The position numbers and the translations under genes are program-made. The notes below the pieces were generated by a model. That model was not told where the DNA came from and ran no database searches. It worked only from the letters and a program-made list of their open reading frames with translations. DNA of 64,000 nucleotides from a virus, in IMG/VR virus record IMGVR_UViG_3300026291_000001, positions 311 to 64,310 of that record; one strand, 5' to 3'. Positions 27,001 through 35,413 of this stretch are shown here, piece by piece; position 1 is the stretch's first letter; each line of letters opens with the position of its first letter.

Positions 27001-30000
27001 TTGGTAAAGTAATGCCTGAAATAGCTAAAAAAGTACAACAAGCAACAGGAATTAATGTTGATGGATGGAGCCATGGTATAGATGAAGCGGCCATCAGGCA
27101 TATTATTAAAGAACATGGTAATGCGTTAGTTGAGTCTGCACGCGGTCAAATTGCAGTAACGCCTGAAGATATTAGTAATATAAAGGAAATAATACAAAAT
27201 CCTGATACGGTAGAAAAGGGCTATCCTATGCCTGATGGAACTGAAACCGTTATTTACAAAAAAATAATAGATGGCCAGTCTATTTATGTGCAGGAAATTA
27301 GAGAAGGAAGGGAAAAATTAACAGCAAAAACGTTGTGGAAAGTCCGCACTGTGCCGCCTGCTACAGAAAAAACTGGCTTGGTGCATACGTCCGAAACGTC
27401 CAGCGCGCGACCCCCACAACTGGATTCAAGTATAACGCAGCCATCAGAAAAGGCAACAAACACTAAAGAAGACAAGCCGAAAACACAGCCAAAATCGCCC
27501 AGTACCAAGACAGAAGCGCATTATTTTAGCCATTTAAGAGATAATGGATTTACTGCTTCCGAAATACAGGAGATTCAAGAAGCCGGTAAAACTAGGAAAG
27601 ATTTAACGGGCTGGGCGCGTGGACGCTTTGGCTATGACCGGATTAAAGGCGTTGATTTTAATGCGTTGCAACCAAGCAAGGCTGAACAGACAAAGACAGA
27701 AACGCCCGTAAAATCCGAACCCGTTAAGGCCGAGCAGTTGGTTAAGGCCGAGCAGCCGGTTAAGGTTGAGGCCAAGCCAGCCCAGGACAAGCCGGTTGAG
27801 ACTGATAAAAAAGGCACGGCGCTTTACAGCAAGGCCCAAACGCCTGCCAATGGAAGCACGATACAGCAAGTTAAGGGCTGGCTGTCAGGCATGAAGAAGC
27901 TGCAAGGCTTGATAGCAGCTGGACAATTAAGAGTCGTTAGCAATATCAATCAGCTACCCGACTCAGAAGCGCAGGGAGCAGGGGCAGAAGCCATCTATAA
28001 CCAGCGTACCAATACGATTACTTTATTTGCGGATAATATCAACGATAGCAATAGGGAATCGGTTTTATTTCATGAACTCATGCACATGGCCGAGGCTACC
28101 GATCCCAAGCTAAAGAAAGCCCTTGAACAGTTCGAGGGCGACTTACAGCGACGTTTTGACTTAGCCTTGAAAGGACTGGGTAGCAAGATTGAAAACGCAG
28201 CAGCAGCGCGAGTTATAAAAGCTGATACGCCACTTGCAGATCAACAAAGCGAGTTCAGAAGTTACATAATAAGTGAATATCTCAAAAAACCTGAATCCTT
28301 CACCGGCAAGCTTCTTAAAGCCATTAAAGACATCTTTGCGGCTATCAGGATTGCCCTGGTCAGGTCTGGTTTAGACTTTGGCATGGTTAGGAAACTGTCC
28401 GATGCAGACCTCTATGCAATGAGCAAGTACGGTACTCAGGTGAAAACCAATTCGGTGACAGCACCGCAATGGATAGGACAGGCGGCACTGGCAAGTAGCC
28501 AAGCCAGTAGGTTCTATTCCCAACTTCACAGAGCCTTGATAACCGCCCCCGATAAGATATTCGGCAATGCCGCCCAGGTTAAGTTGTGGCTAAACAGCAA
28601 TGCGCCTAAGTTGGGAATCAAGGGAGATGAGATTTACTGGAGTGGGATTAACGATTTTCTTGATATCAAAGCCGCCAACAAGGAGAAAGTCACCAAGGCG
28701 GATATGGATGCCTTTATGCGCGAGTCTGGAACGGTTAAGGTTGAGGATGTGATGTTGGGTGAAAATACAAATAAAAAACCTATAAAAACAATCAAATCAG
28801 ATGGGGACGTATGGACTGTTGAATTTAATGATGGGGAAATAAAAGAATTTTCAGCTTATTTAGCAGATGATAAGCAAGAAGCTGAAGCCTACGCCAGAAA
28901 AGGCAAATTAGACACCAAACACGGCGGCGGTACCCTGGTCATCCCTGGTGGTAGGGATTACAAGGAGTTGGTGATTACCATACCTACCATCGACAAATTC
29001 AATGAGAGCGACAAAACTCATTTCGGCGATGTTTCTCATGGAAAAGCTGTGGCCTGGGTCAGAATGGACACCAGAACCGACGCAAATGGCAAGGACACGC
29101 TGTTTCTTCAGGAAGTGCAATCACAGCGATCTCAAAGGGGTCGTAAAGATGGCTTCTCATATCTGGCGGATAAATGGCAGGCAGAATTTCAAACCGGCGA
29201 TGTGGCTTATTTCAACAACGAAGCCGATGCCAAAAAAGCTGAAAAACAAGGTGCTAAGGTAACACGGGTTACTGTTCCTGGCGTACCTCCAGCGCCATTC
29301 GTGACGGACGCAAATAATAAGGCCACGAACGCCTACATAGCCCTAACACTCAAGAAGGCCATCAGCCATGCGGTAGACAACGGGCAGCACAGTGTGAGCT
29401 GGACAACGGGGAATCAACAAAGTGAACGCTATAATTTGAGTAAGCAGATAAATTCAGTTTCATATAGAGGTGGGGATTATCAAGAACTCACGTATAACCT
29501 TATTGATAATAGTGGTACAAAAACACTAGAAAATGTACCAGAAAATAAAATTGCTGATTATATAGGCAAAGAAGTGGCAGAAAAACTGTTGCAACAACCT
29601 GTAGAGTTTAATGGTTTTAAAATATTAAAAGGACTTGATCTTGATATAAAACCAGCATGGGTATCCAGCATGTATGGCGATGAAAACGGCATGAATAAGG
29701 ACGGAAAACCCGCGATGATAACCCAGGCCGCAATGGAGATTGCCCGGAAAATGGGCGGGGAAGTGGGGAGTGTTAGTATTCCGGGACAATCAGATTATCA
29801 AGAAATTTTAGATATGCTAAATGACTTTGATAGTTTTCCAGAAGGCAGCAAAGGTAGGAGAGAGCTTGAATTAAAACTGCCAAAAACATACGACGATAGA
29901 GCTAAATTATCTGGCAAACAACCCGCCCTAATCATAACCGATTCTATGGCCGCAAAAATCCGCGCAGAGGGTATGCCCCTGTTTTCCAAAACTGGCGGCT

Positions 30001-33000
30001 TGGAGGCTAGCCGCGAGAATCTGCCCGCTACCCTAAATATCAACGGTAAAAAACGATCCACTACCAACAGCAACGGTGCGCCGATAGCGCAGACTGAGGA
30101 AGCGATTAGGAACTTCTACGCATGGTTTAAGGATTCAAAGGTGGTAGACGATCAGGGTAGGCCATTAGTCGTGTACCACGGAACTAATAACGATTTTAAT
30201 GAATTTGATGTCAGTAATGAACTGGGAGCGCACTTTGGGAGTACAGGGCAAGCAGGCAGTTTTGCTAAGACAAAGGGGCTTATCATTCCTGCATATATTA
30301 AGATGGATAATCCTTTAAGGCTTGTTGACAACGGTAGCTTCAATGCAAACGATATAATAGGCGAATTAATTGATACGGGTGTTATATCTCAGCAAGCAGG
30401 AGAAAACATACTTAGAAATGATGATCCTATGGCTACAGATTTGACAAAAAAACTCATAAAAAAATCAGGGTTTGACGGTATTGTATATTTAAACAGGAGA
30501 GAAGGACTGGTTGCTATTCTGGATGAAGATGAGGATTTTGAAGTAGATGCTACTGATAACGAATTTAAAGGAAAATATCCTAATGCTAAAGACTCATATA
30601 TTGCTTTTGAATCCAACCAAATAAAATCCGCCACGGGTAATTCCGGTGCGTTTAGCACCACGAACAACGACATCCGGTTTAGCGTTAGGGCGGCAACAGA
30701 AAACACCGAACCCCATATACCACAAGTCGATACCTGGCTCAGTAAATGGCTAAACCATACTAACCTGGACACGGCTATCTATAACCTGCAAGACCGTTAT
30801 ATTGATTTGTACCGGCAAATGCAGAAGATCACCAAAGAGGGCGGCGTGATTACCGAGTCTGAAAATGCACGGATGGGCGAAGAAGTTAGTCACCAGCGTA
30901 TTCAAAGCCGTATTAAAGAGTTTTACGATACCCAATTTAACCCGATCCTGGAAGAACTTCACGATAACAAGTTAGATATGGATGCCTTTCAAAAGGTTCT
31001 GCAAGCCCGTCATGCACCGAGCCGTAATGAAGTCATGGCCGAGCGCAACCCTAATCAAGAGATTATTGATGAAAAACTGGCCGATGCTGAACAGGCATTA
31101 GAGGATGCAGTCTCCAATAAAGAGAAACAGCAAGCGTCTACAGAAATAGCCAAGTGGAGCCGTGCGAAACCGTTTAGAGGTACTGAGGAAGAACGCTTAT
31201 CCTTATCAGGCATGACCGACGAACAAGCACAAACTACCCTGGATAATTTAACGCCAGAACAAAAGCGGGTCATGTTGCCATTGGCCGACAAAATCGACGC
31301 CATTAATAATGACACGCTGGATTTGATGGTGGCTTATGGCATGGAAACACCGGAATCCATTCAGGCATTAAAAGACCAGTGGGAGCACTATGTCCCTCTG
31401 CATCGTGACGAGGCGCACCCGGATGATGCTAATTTTGGTCATCCGATAGGTCGTGGGTACAGTATCCGAGGAACGGGTATAAAAACCGCAACTGGCTCCA
31501 ATGCCGAAGTGACCAACATCATGGCGCACATTGCCGCAGCGCGAGAACAAATGCTCAGACGTGGCGAGAAAAATAAGGTAACTGTGCAACTGGCCGATTT
31601 TATCACTAACCACCCAGACTCCACGTTCGCTGTTACCAAACCCTTACCGACTAAAGATTATTTGGTGAATGGCTTGGTTGAAACTTTACCGGACCCTACC
31701 TTTAAGGATAAAAACAATATTGTTATTTACCGGCTGAACGGCAAAGACAAGGCGCTTATCTTTAATGAATATGTACCGGAAAATGTGCGCCTTGCCATGT
31801 CGCTTAAAAATATGAACGGCATTGAACTGGATAAAGTGGAATCACTAATAGCAAAAGGTACTCGATGGCTTGCGAGCGTAAACACACAATTTAACGTCGT
31901 TTTTGGTTTGATGAACGTGACCCGTGATGTACAAGGCGCGATGTTAAACTTGACCAGTACGCCACTGGCTGGAAAACAACGCGCGGTTTTCTCAAAAATG
32001 GGCGACAGCATTAAAATTATTGCGGGTGTTGAAAGAGGATGGGCTAATACCGATCCTGCCTTAAAAGCGATGTATGAGCGTTTTAACAAAGCGGGTGGTA
32101 CCACGGCGTATAGCCAAATGTTTGAGGGTATCAAAGACCGTGACCATGCTATCCGTAATGAATTGAAGAAATTGAAGGAAGGGAAAGCTATGCACATGGG
32201 CCGTGCAGTCGTTAAAGCCTTGTCCGATTTTAATACCGTGATGGAAAATAGCACACGGCTATCCGTGTTTATGACAGCGGTTGAATCAGGTTTAAGCGAT
32301 ATGCACGCGGCCAGTTTAGCCAAGAACATCACCGTTAACTTTAACCGGAAAGGCGCTTACACCACTAAAGTAGGTTCACTCTATGCCTTTTTTAATGCCT
32401 CGATGCAGGGCAGCTTTCGCATGGCGGAAACCCTAAAGGGTCCTGCGGGTAAACAAATCCTGATAGGCGGCGTGGGACTGGGCGCAGCGTTAACCATTCT
32501 GGGTATTGCCGCCATGGGCGCGGATGACTGGGACAAAATACCGGAGTTTATCAAGGAGCGCAGTTTGATTATTCCGGCACCGTGGAACAGTTCCGGGTAT
32601 ATTGCTATACCGATGCCTCTCGGTTTTCATATCCTTCCCACGCTCGGAAGAGTTCTTGTTGAATCGCTTATTGGTAGCAATAGAATTACCAATCAACATA
32701 GATTTATGAATTTGATTGGTGCGACCACTGGCGCATTCAACCCGCTAGGCGGCAGTGACATTAGCACTTTAGTGATGCCGACTGTATTGGACCCGGCGCT
32801 GGCTCTTTGGAGAAATAAAGATTGGACAAACAAGACGGTTTATCTTGAAGATTTTAACTCGCTTGATCCTACGCCGGGTTATCTTCGCACCAAGAATACG
32901 GCGTCTGCGCCTTCCAAATGGGCGGCAGAAGCAGCGAATACTTTAACTGGAGGTACCTCTTACAAACCTGGATTATGGAGTCCTACGCCCGATCAGCTTG

Positions 33001-33407
33001 ATTATGTCATGGGTCAACTTACCGGAGGAACTGGCAGGGAACTCTTGAAAGCTCAAGAGGCTGTTGCCAGTATCGGTTCAGATGAAGAACTCCCCACCTA
33101 TAAAATACCCTTAATCGGTAGGTTATACGGAACTGTCACAGGTGACGCGGAAGAACGTACGGCTTATTATGAAAATGTTAAAGCATTGAATGAGGAAAAC
33201 AATGAGGTTCAGGGCTTGTTGAAAGAGGAAAACGGCAGAGTGAAGGCCAACGAATACCTAAGAAATAATCCACTGGCACGAGTCTATAACCGGGCGCATG
33301 TTTATCAGAAAATGATTGATAAGCTTAAGAAACGCCCTGGTTCGGAACAGCGTATAATGGATTTAATGAAGCGGCAAAATACGTTAGTGTCTCAGGCACA
33401 GAAATAG
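24072..33407 (+). CDS. giant polyvalent virion/ejection protein (3111 aa)
   Basis: PBECR-like nuclease region (AIRHIIKEHG...EIIQNPD), zincin metallopeptidase HELMH, ART-like WFKDSKVVD.QGRPLVVYHGT, LPD38-like C-terminus (YIAIPMPLGF, DPALALWRNKDW). Confidence 0.8.
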   Translation: MAANPYRTAFEAIKPGSYADSVESGAPEPAANNNPYEKAFTEIRNAPKPAGTLRQLGTQLGAGAVVDLPRMVGQAAQAFSTEGSPTTRLGKSLVAGAEQRAPNWEPDLSDKNEVQKALITGSRSIAPSLATVGAYAVPFAGPVLGPAATIGLYGGSQYQDTYEKAKLAGNTDEQAHLAGLGTGAIQGGGEALANKITLGLFGAGKNVAKAGIQGLTDTSVIKPFAKSLGVAAIGEPATEVGQDIGTALVERNQGIPTGPLSDIAYQSSTAALGMTALFAPFGLGGHANNARQVQNRNNVLTDTTKAPEERVNAANALHAQAKQLGIADADLWHSQAMDSISAGLPVSLSNPVIAQGPLTRAANSNPDSVAAAAAQIQSTNLAQAETDRVAQEQAAAKQADDANKQVIAEAKAKETAAKAEQIKAQQQKQPGADIGTPDTSGLRADNQSAVRRVTPARAPSSGLGTQATGINTPAPDLTGTATVSDASEDINLTPAQAALKQTEKQDVERQKNTTETTETLLKTEAPDNKGAEPFPATHIMSDGNKAIIQKDGSFNDINGDNWTDPYAEKIKPTTETKANVPAPANPKIAPIESEKSGAGKTASGIIQTSKEASAEPVGTDKGVVTGLTEDSYTKIDNENIRIDDENRWGKPKLKEHLDNGNLPIIDKRDEGGIRTYEAKGTGNPLPKWNVRLTLTPEEKKAAQRAEADYELAESAEEKQSAKDNLEKILLNASKRAVQETESLANQTEVKTSEQVKKEAPAQAVQTPSTTEGLDNARNLVAKIRESLARPGSAGMLTTPAELKKVATDLGVYSKAHKPIQVLEAVEAKLAEVQQPTQPVPKAEAQATVETPAAPQTQQEQMKAKLAQQRQSEPDVTQISKTHTKINSRAQVELINTGTGQSVFPGKTFKTPTEANQFFKAAKQTQLLAAGNTQPTEAKAEPVKSELQLNKTGKIESLADLISIALSRKDGNKAFSELGKVMPEIAKKVQQATGINVDGWSHGIDEAAIRHIIKEHGNALVESARGQIAVTPEDISNIKEIIQNPDTVEKGYPMPDGTETVIYKKIIDGQSIYVQEIREGREKLTAKTLWKVRTVPPATEKTGLVHTSETSSARPPQLDSSITQPSEKATNTKEDKPKTQPKSPSTKTEAHYFSHLRDNGFTASEIQEIQEAGKTRKDLTGWARGRFGYDRIKGVDFNALQPSKAEQTKTETPVKSEPVKAEQLVKAEQPVKVEAKPAQDKPVETDKKGTALYSKAQTPANGSTIQQVKGWLSGMKKLQGLIAAGQLRVVSNINQLPDSEAQGAGAEAIYNQRTNTITLFADNINDSNRESVLFHELMHMAEATDPKLKKALEQFEGDLQRRFDLALKGLGSKIENAAAARVIKADTPLADQQSEFRSYIISEYLKKPESFTGKLLKAIKDIFAAIRIALVRSGLDFGMVRKLSDADLYAMSKYGTQVKTNSVTAPQWIGQAALASSQASRFYSQLHRALITAPDKIFGNAAQVKLWLNSNAPKLGIKGDEIYWSGINDFLDIKAANKEKVTKADMDAFMRESGTVKVEDVMLGENTNKKPIKTIKSDGDVWTVEFNDGEIKEFSAYLADDKQEAEAYARKGKLDTKHGGGTLVIPGGRDYKELVITIPTIDKFNESDKTHFGDVSHGKAVAWVRMDTRTDANGKDTLFLQEVQSQRSQRGRKDGFSYLADKWQAEFQTGDVAYFNNEADAKKAEKQGAKVTRVTVPGVPPAPFVTDANNKATNAYIALTLKKAISHAVDNGQHSVSWTTGNQQSERYNLSKQINSVSYRGGDYQELTYNLIDNSGTKTLENVPENKIADYIGKEVAEKLLQQPVEFNGFKILKGLDLDIKPAWVSSMYGDENGMNKDGKPAMITQAAMEIARKMGGEVGSVSIPGQSDYQEILDMLNDFDSFPEGSKGRRELELKLPKTYDDRAKLSGKQPALIITDSMAAKIRAEGMPLFSKTGGLEASRENLPATLNINGKKRSTTNSNGAPIAQTEEAIRNFYAWFKDSKVVDDQGRPLVVYHGTNNDFNEFDVSNELGAHFGSTGQAGSFAKTKGLIIPAYIKMDNPLRLVDNGSFNANDIIGELIDTGVISQQAGENILRNDDPMATDLTKKLIKKSGFDGIVYLNRREGLVAILDEDEDFEVDATDNEFKGKYPNAKDSYIAFESNQIKSATGNSGAFSTTNNDIRFSVRAATENTEPHIPQVDTWLSKWLNHTNLDTAIYNLQDRYIDLYRQMQKITKEGGVITESENARMGEEVSHQRIQSRIKEFYDTQFNPILEELHDNKLDMDAFQKVLQARHAPSRNEVMAERNPNQEIIDEKLADAEQALEDAVSNKEKQQASTEIAKWSRAKPFRGTEEERLSLSGMTDEQAQTTLDNLTPEQKRVMLPLADKIDAINNDTLDLMVAYGMETPESIQALKDQWEHYVPLHRDEAHPDDANFGHPIGRGYSIRGTGIKTATGSNAEVTNIMAHIAAAREQMLRRGEKNKVTVQLADFITNHPDSTFAVTKPLPTKDYLVNGLVETLPDPTFKDKNNIVIYRLNGKDKALIFNEYVPENVRLAMSLKNMNGIELDKVESLIAKGTRWLASVNTQFNVVFGLMNVTRDVQGAMLNLTSTPLAGKQRAVFSKMGDSIKIIAGVERGWANTDPALKAMYERFNKAGGTTAYSQMFEGIKDRDHAIRNELKKLKEGKAMHMGRAVVKALSDFNTVMENSTRLSVFMTAVESGLSDMHAASLAKNITVNFNRKGAYTTKVGSLYAFFNASMQGSFRMAETLKGPAGKQILIGGVGLGAALTILGIAAMGADDWDKIPEFIKERSLIIPAPWNSSGYIAIPMPLGFHILPTLGRVLVESLIGSNRITNQHRFMNLIGATTGAFNPLGGSDISTLVMPTVLDPALALWRNKDWTNKTVYLEDFNSLDPTPGYLRTKNTASAPSKWAAEAANTLTGGTSYKPGLWSPTPDQLDYVMGQLTGGTGRELLKAQEAVASIGSDEELPTYKIPLIGRLYGTVTGDAEERTAYYENVKALNEENNEVQGLLKEENGRVKANEYLRNNPLARVYNRAHVYQKMIDKLKKRPGSEQRIMDLMKRQNTLVSQAQK

Positions 33408-34311
33408 CAGCACTATCCGAAACCATGGCTGGCAAATGAATATTTGATATGCAGGATTCACCCCAATATTTTATTTCAGCCTGTACGCGAGCGTATATTG
33501 CGTCATCCATGTTTGCAAATATACCCAGGTAAATATTTTTCTTATTAACCTTAATTTCTGCGCGCCATTTTGAACTTTGTTTATGAAATCCTACACCTCT
33601 ATATCCACTTTTTGATTTTGTTTCCCTTTTCCTTTGAGCCAAACCCATATTCGCCTTTGCTTCATCAGAAAATTTTCTACCTAAATTGGGTTTCCTTCCT
33701 TTGCTTGCCTCAGACATTTTTTTCCTTGATTCCTCTGAATGTCTTTTACCTGTGTGATAAACCCTTAATTTTTCCTTTGTTGCCTTAGAAAGAATCTTCC
33801 CTTTATGTGCCAGTCCTATTTTTGCTTTATGACTATCAGTCAGTTTATGAGTTACCTTCTTTTTATTGCCGGTATTTGCTAGACTAATTTTCTTTCGAGT
33901 TTCTTCGGTAGCTGGTAGTCTATTTTTTTGTGATAAGCTCATTTTTACCTTTGATTCATCCGAATGTTTCTTACCTTTATTTCGCTCGCTTAGTATCCTT
34001 TTGGTTTCCTCACAAGGGGCAGAGTTATCGCCACCGCTTCTAAGATTATAACCATTAGGTGATAGCGAGTTATAAATAAAAATATAGAACGATTCCCAGT
34101 CGTTAGCTTCTTTTAATGAAAGTTCATCAATCAGAATCTCATGGGCAAAACTATCCCATCCATATTTTTTTATGGCATTAGCAAAAGCCCTGCATTGATT
34201 ATTTGTCCACTTATGGCGATTTGTTCTTGCTTGGTAATTGTTTGTTTGCCCAATATAGGCTTTTCCATTTGGAGCAGTATGCTTATAAATTACAAAATTT
34301 GATGCTTCCAT
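33325..34311 (-). CDS. GIY-YIG homing endonuclease with NUMOD3 repeats and AP2 domain
   Basis: VIYKHTAPNGKAYIGQT, GYNLRSGG, repeated GKKHSDESK.KMS, SGYRGVGFHKQSSKWRAEI; the 3' end overlaps the giant gene antisense by 83 nt. Confidence 0.88.
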   Translation of the reverse strand: MEASNFVIYKHTAPNGKAYIGQTNNYQARTNRHKWTNNQCRAFANAIKKYGWDSFAHEILIDELSLKEANDWESFYIFIYNSLSPNGYNLRSGGDNSAPCEETKRILSERNKGKKHSDESKVKMSLSQKNRLPATEETRKKISLANTGNKKKVTHKLTDSHKAKIGLAHKGKILSKATKEKLRVYHTGKRHSEESRKKMSEASKGRKPNLGRKFSDEAKANMGLAQRKRETKSKSGYRGVGFHKQSSKWRAEIKVNKKNIYLGIFANMDDAIYARVQAEIKYWGESCISNIHLPAMVSDSAAISVPETLTYFAASLNPLYAVPNQGVS

Positions 34312-34467
34312 GACAACCCCCGAACATGAGTTATTGAACAAAAAAGGATGTGGCGACAAGGTGTTCAAGCTTGTATTCAGCAAGGGTAATTAGTCCAAGC
34401 CTAGCCACTTCTTAAGTATAGACGGAATAATGAAAAAGCAGAATGATCTGGTGCAGGCGGCCTATGG

Positions 34468-34689
34468 TTAATCCTGCAAATCAAGCCTGATCTCGATGCG
34501 ATCCAGGCGCTCAACAACCTTATCGATAGACGACTGCATCCGGGCGTCAGTCACCGCGCTATAAGCTTGATGATGCTCCAGGTCAGCGACTCTAAGCGTC
34601 AAATCGCGCACATCCTCAGCCGTCCTATCCACAGTTTTTCGGATATGGCGGAGCTGTTCTAAAACGATATTACTAATATCAGCGGTCAT
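34468..34689 (-). CDS. small coiled-coil protein (NIVLEQLRHIR family, paralog 1 of 4)
   Basis: MTADISNIVLEQLRHIR...RLDRIEIRLDLQD. Confidence 0.7.
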   Translation of the reverse strand: MTADISNIVLEQLRHIRKTVDRTAEDVRDLTLRVADLEHHQAYSAVTDARMQSSIDKVVERLDRIEIRLDLQD

Positions 34690-34724
34690 TTTTTTCTCCT
34701 GAATTTCAATTGAATCTAGTATAG

Positions 34725-34760
34725 TTCAAGCAGCCTGCATACTGGCTTGGTAAGTATGAC
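34725..34760 (+). CRISPR. solitary Cas12m-type repeat
   Basis: AGCCTG CATACT GGCTTGGTA AGTATG AC (core 34732-34760), perfect 6-bp stem, same architecture as the repeats after cas12m. Confidence 0.8.
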
Positions 34761-34913
34761 GGGTTTCATTTTTTTCTTTAACGCGAGAATTTCATTTTTT
34801 CTTTTTAATAAATTACTATAATGTATATGTGGCAATAGGGGGATACCCCGAAAACTCCTTCAGTAAGAGCTGTGCCACTAACCTTAAACTGAAAACTTAA
34901 CTGGAGTTTTATT

Positions 34914-35087
34914 ATGAACACATCAAGAACCGCGCTTTACCGGCACTACGATAAGCAAAACATTTTGCTTTATGTAGGCATTTCGCTCTCGGCTACCTAT
35001 CGCCTTAGACAGCATCAATCAAGTGCTCAATGGGTTACGGATGCAGTGCGCATGGAAACTATGTGGTTTGATAAGGAATCCGCATGA
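34914..35087 (+). pseudogene. truncated GIY-YIG endonuclease (57 aa)
   Basis: TALYRHYDKQNILLYVGIS...RLRQH; ATGA-coupled to the next gene. Confidence 0.6.
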
Positions 35088-35413
35088 ACGCCACTGCCTT
35101 CGACACGCACGAATTTGTTAAGAAATTAAAAGGCGTAGGCTTCAGTGAGGAACAAGCCGAAGTCTTAACCGAACTGCAAAAAACCACCGTAGTCAACACA
35201 CTGGAACAGGCTCGGCATGATTACGAGCTGGATAATCTGGCTACCAAAAGGGATTTAAAAGAATTTGAACTGACGGTTAGTCTGCAATTTAAACAAGTTG
35301 ATGTAAAGATAGCCGAAACTAAAGCCGAATTAATCCGTTGGGTGGTAGCTGTTGGTTTATTACAGACAGTGATTATTACCGGCTTGATTTTGCGCTTGAC
35401 GGGGAAAATTTGA
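35084..35413 (+). CDS. DUF1640/CCDC90-like membrane-anchored coiled-coil protein (paralog 1 of 3)
   Basis: AFDTHEFVKKLKGVGFSEEQAE...LATKRDL...C-terminal TM. Confidence 0.85.
   Translation: MNATAFDTHEFVKKLKGVGFSEEQAEVLTELQKTTVVNTLEQARHDYELDNLATKRDLKEFELTVSLQFKQVDVKIAETKAELIRWVVAVGLLQTVIITGLILRLTGKI

Noticed and set aside
34786-34805. Partial match between the solitary-repeat guide and the adjacent promoter region (TTTCATTTTTT)
   Set aside because: Low-complexity T-run, mismatches at guide positions 2-3, and no TTN PAM; cannot be supported as autoregulatory targeting.
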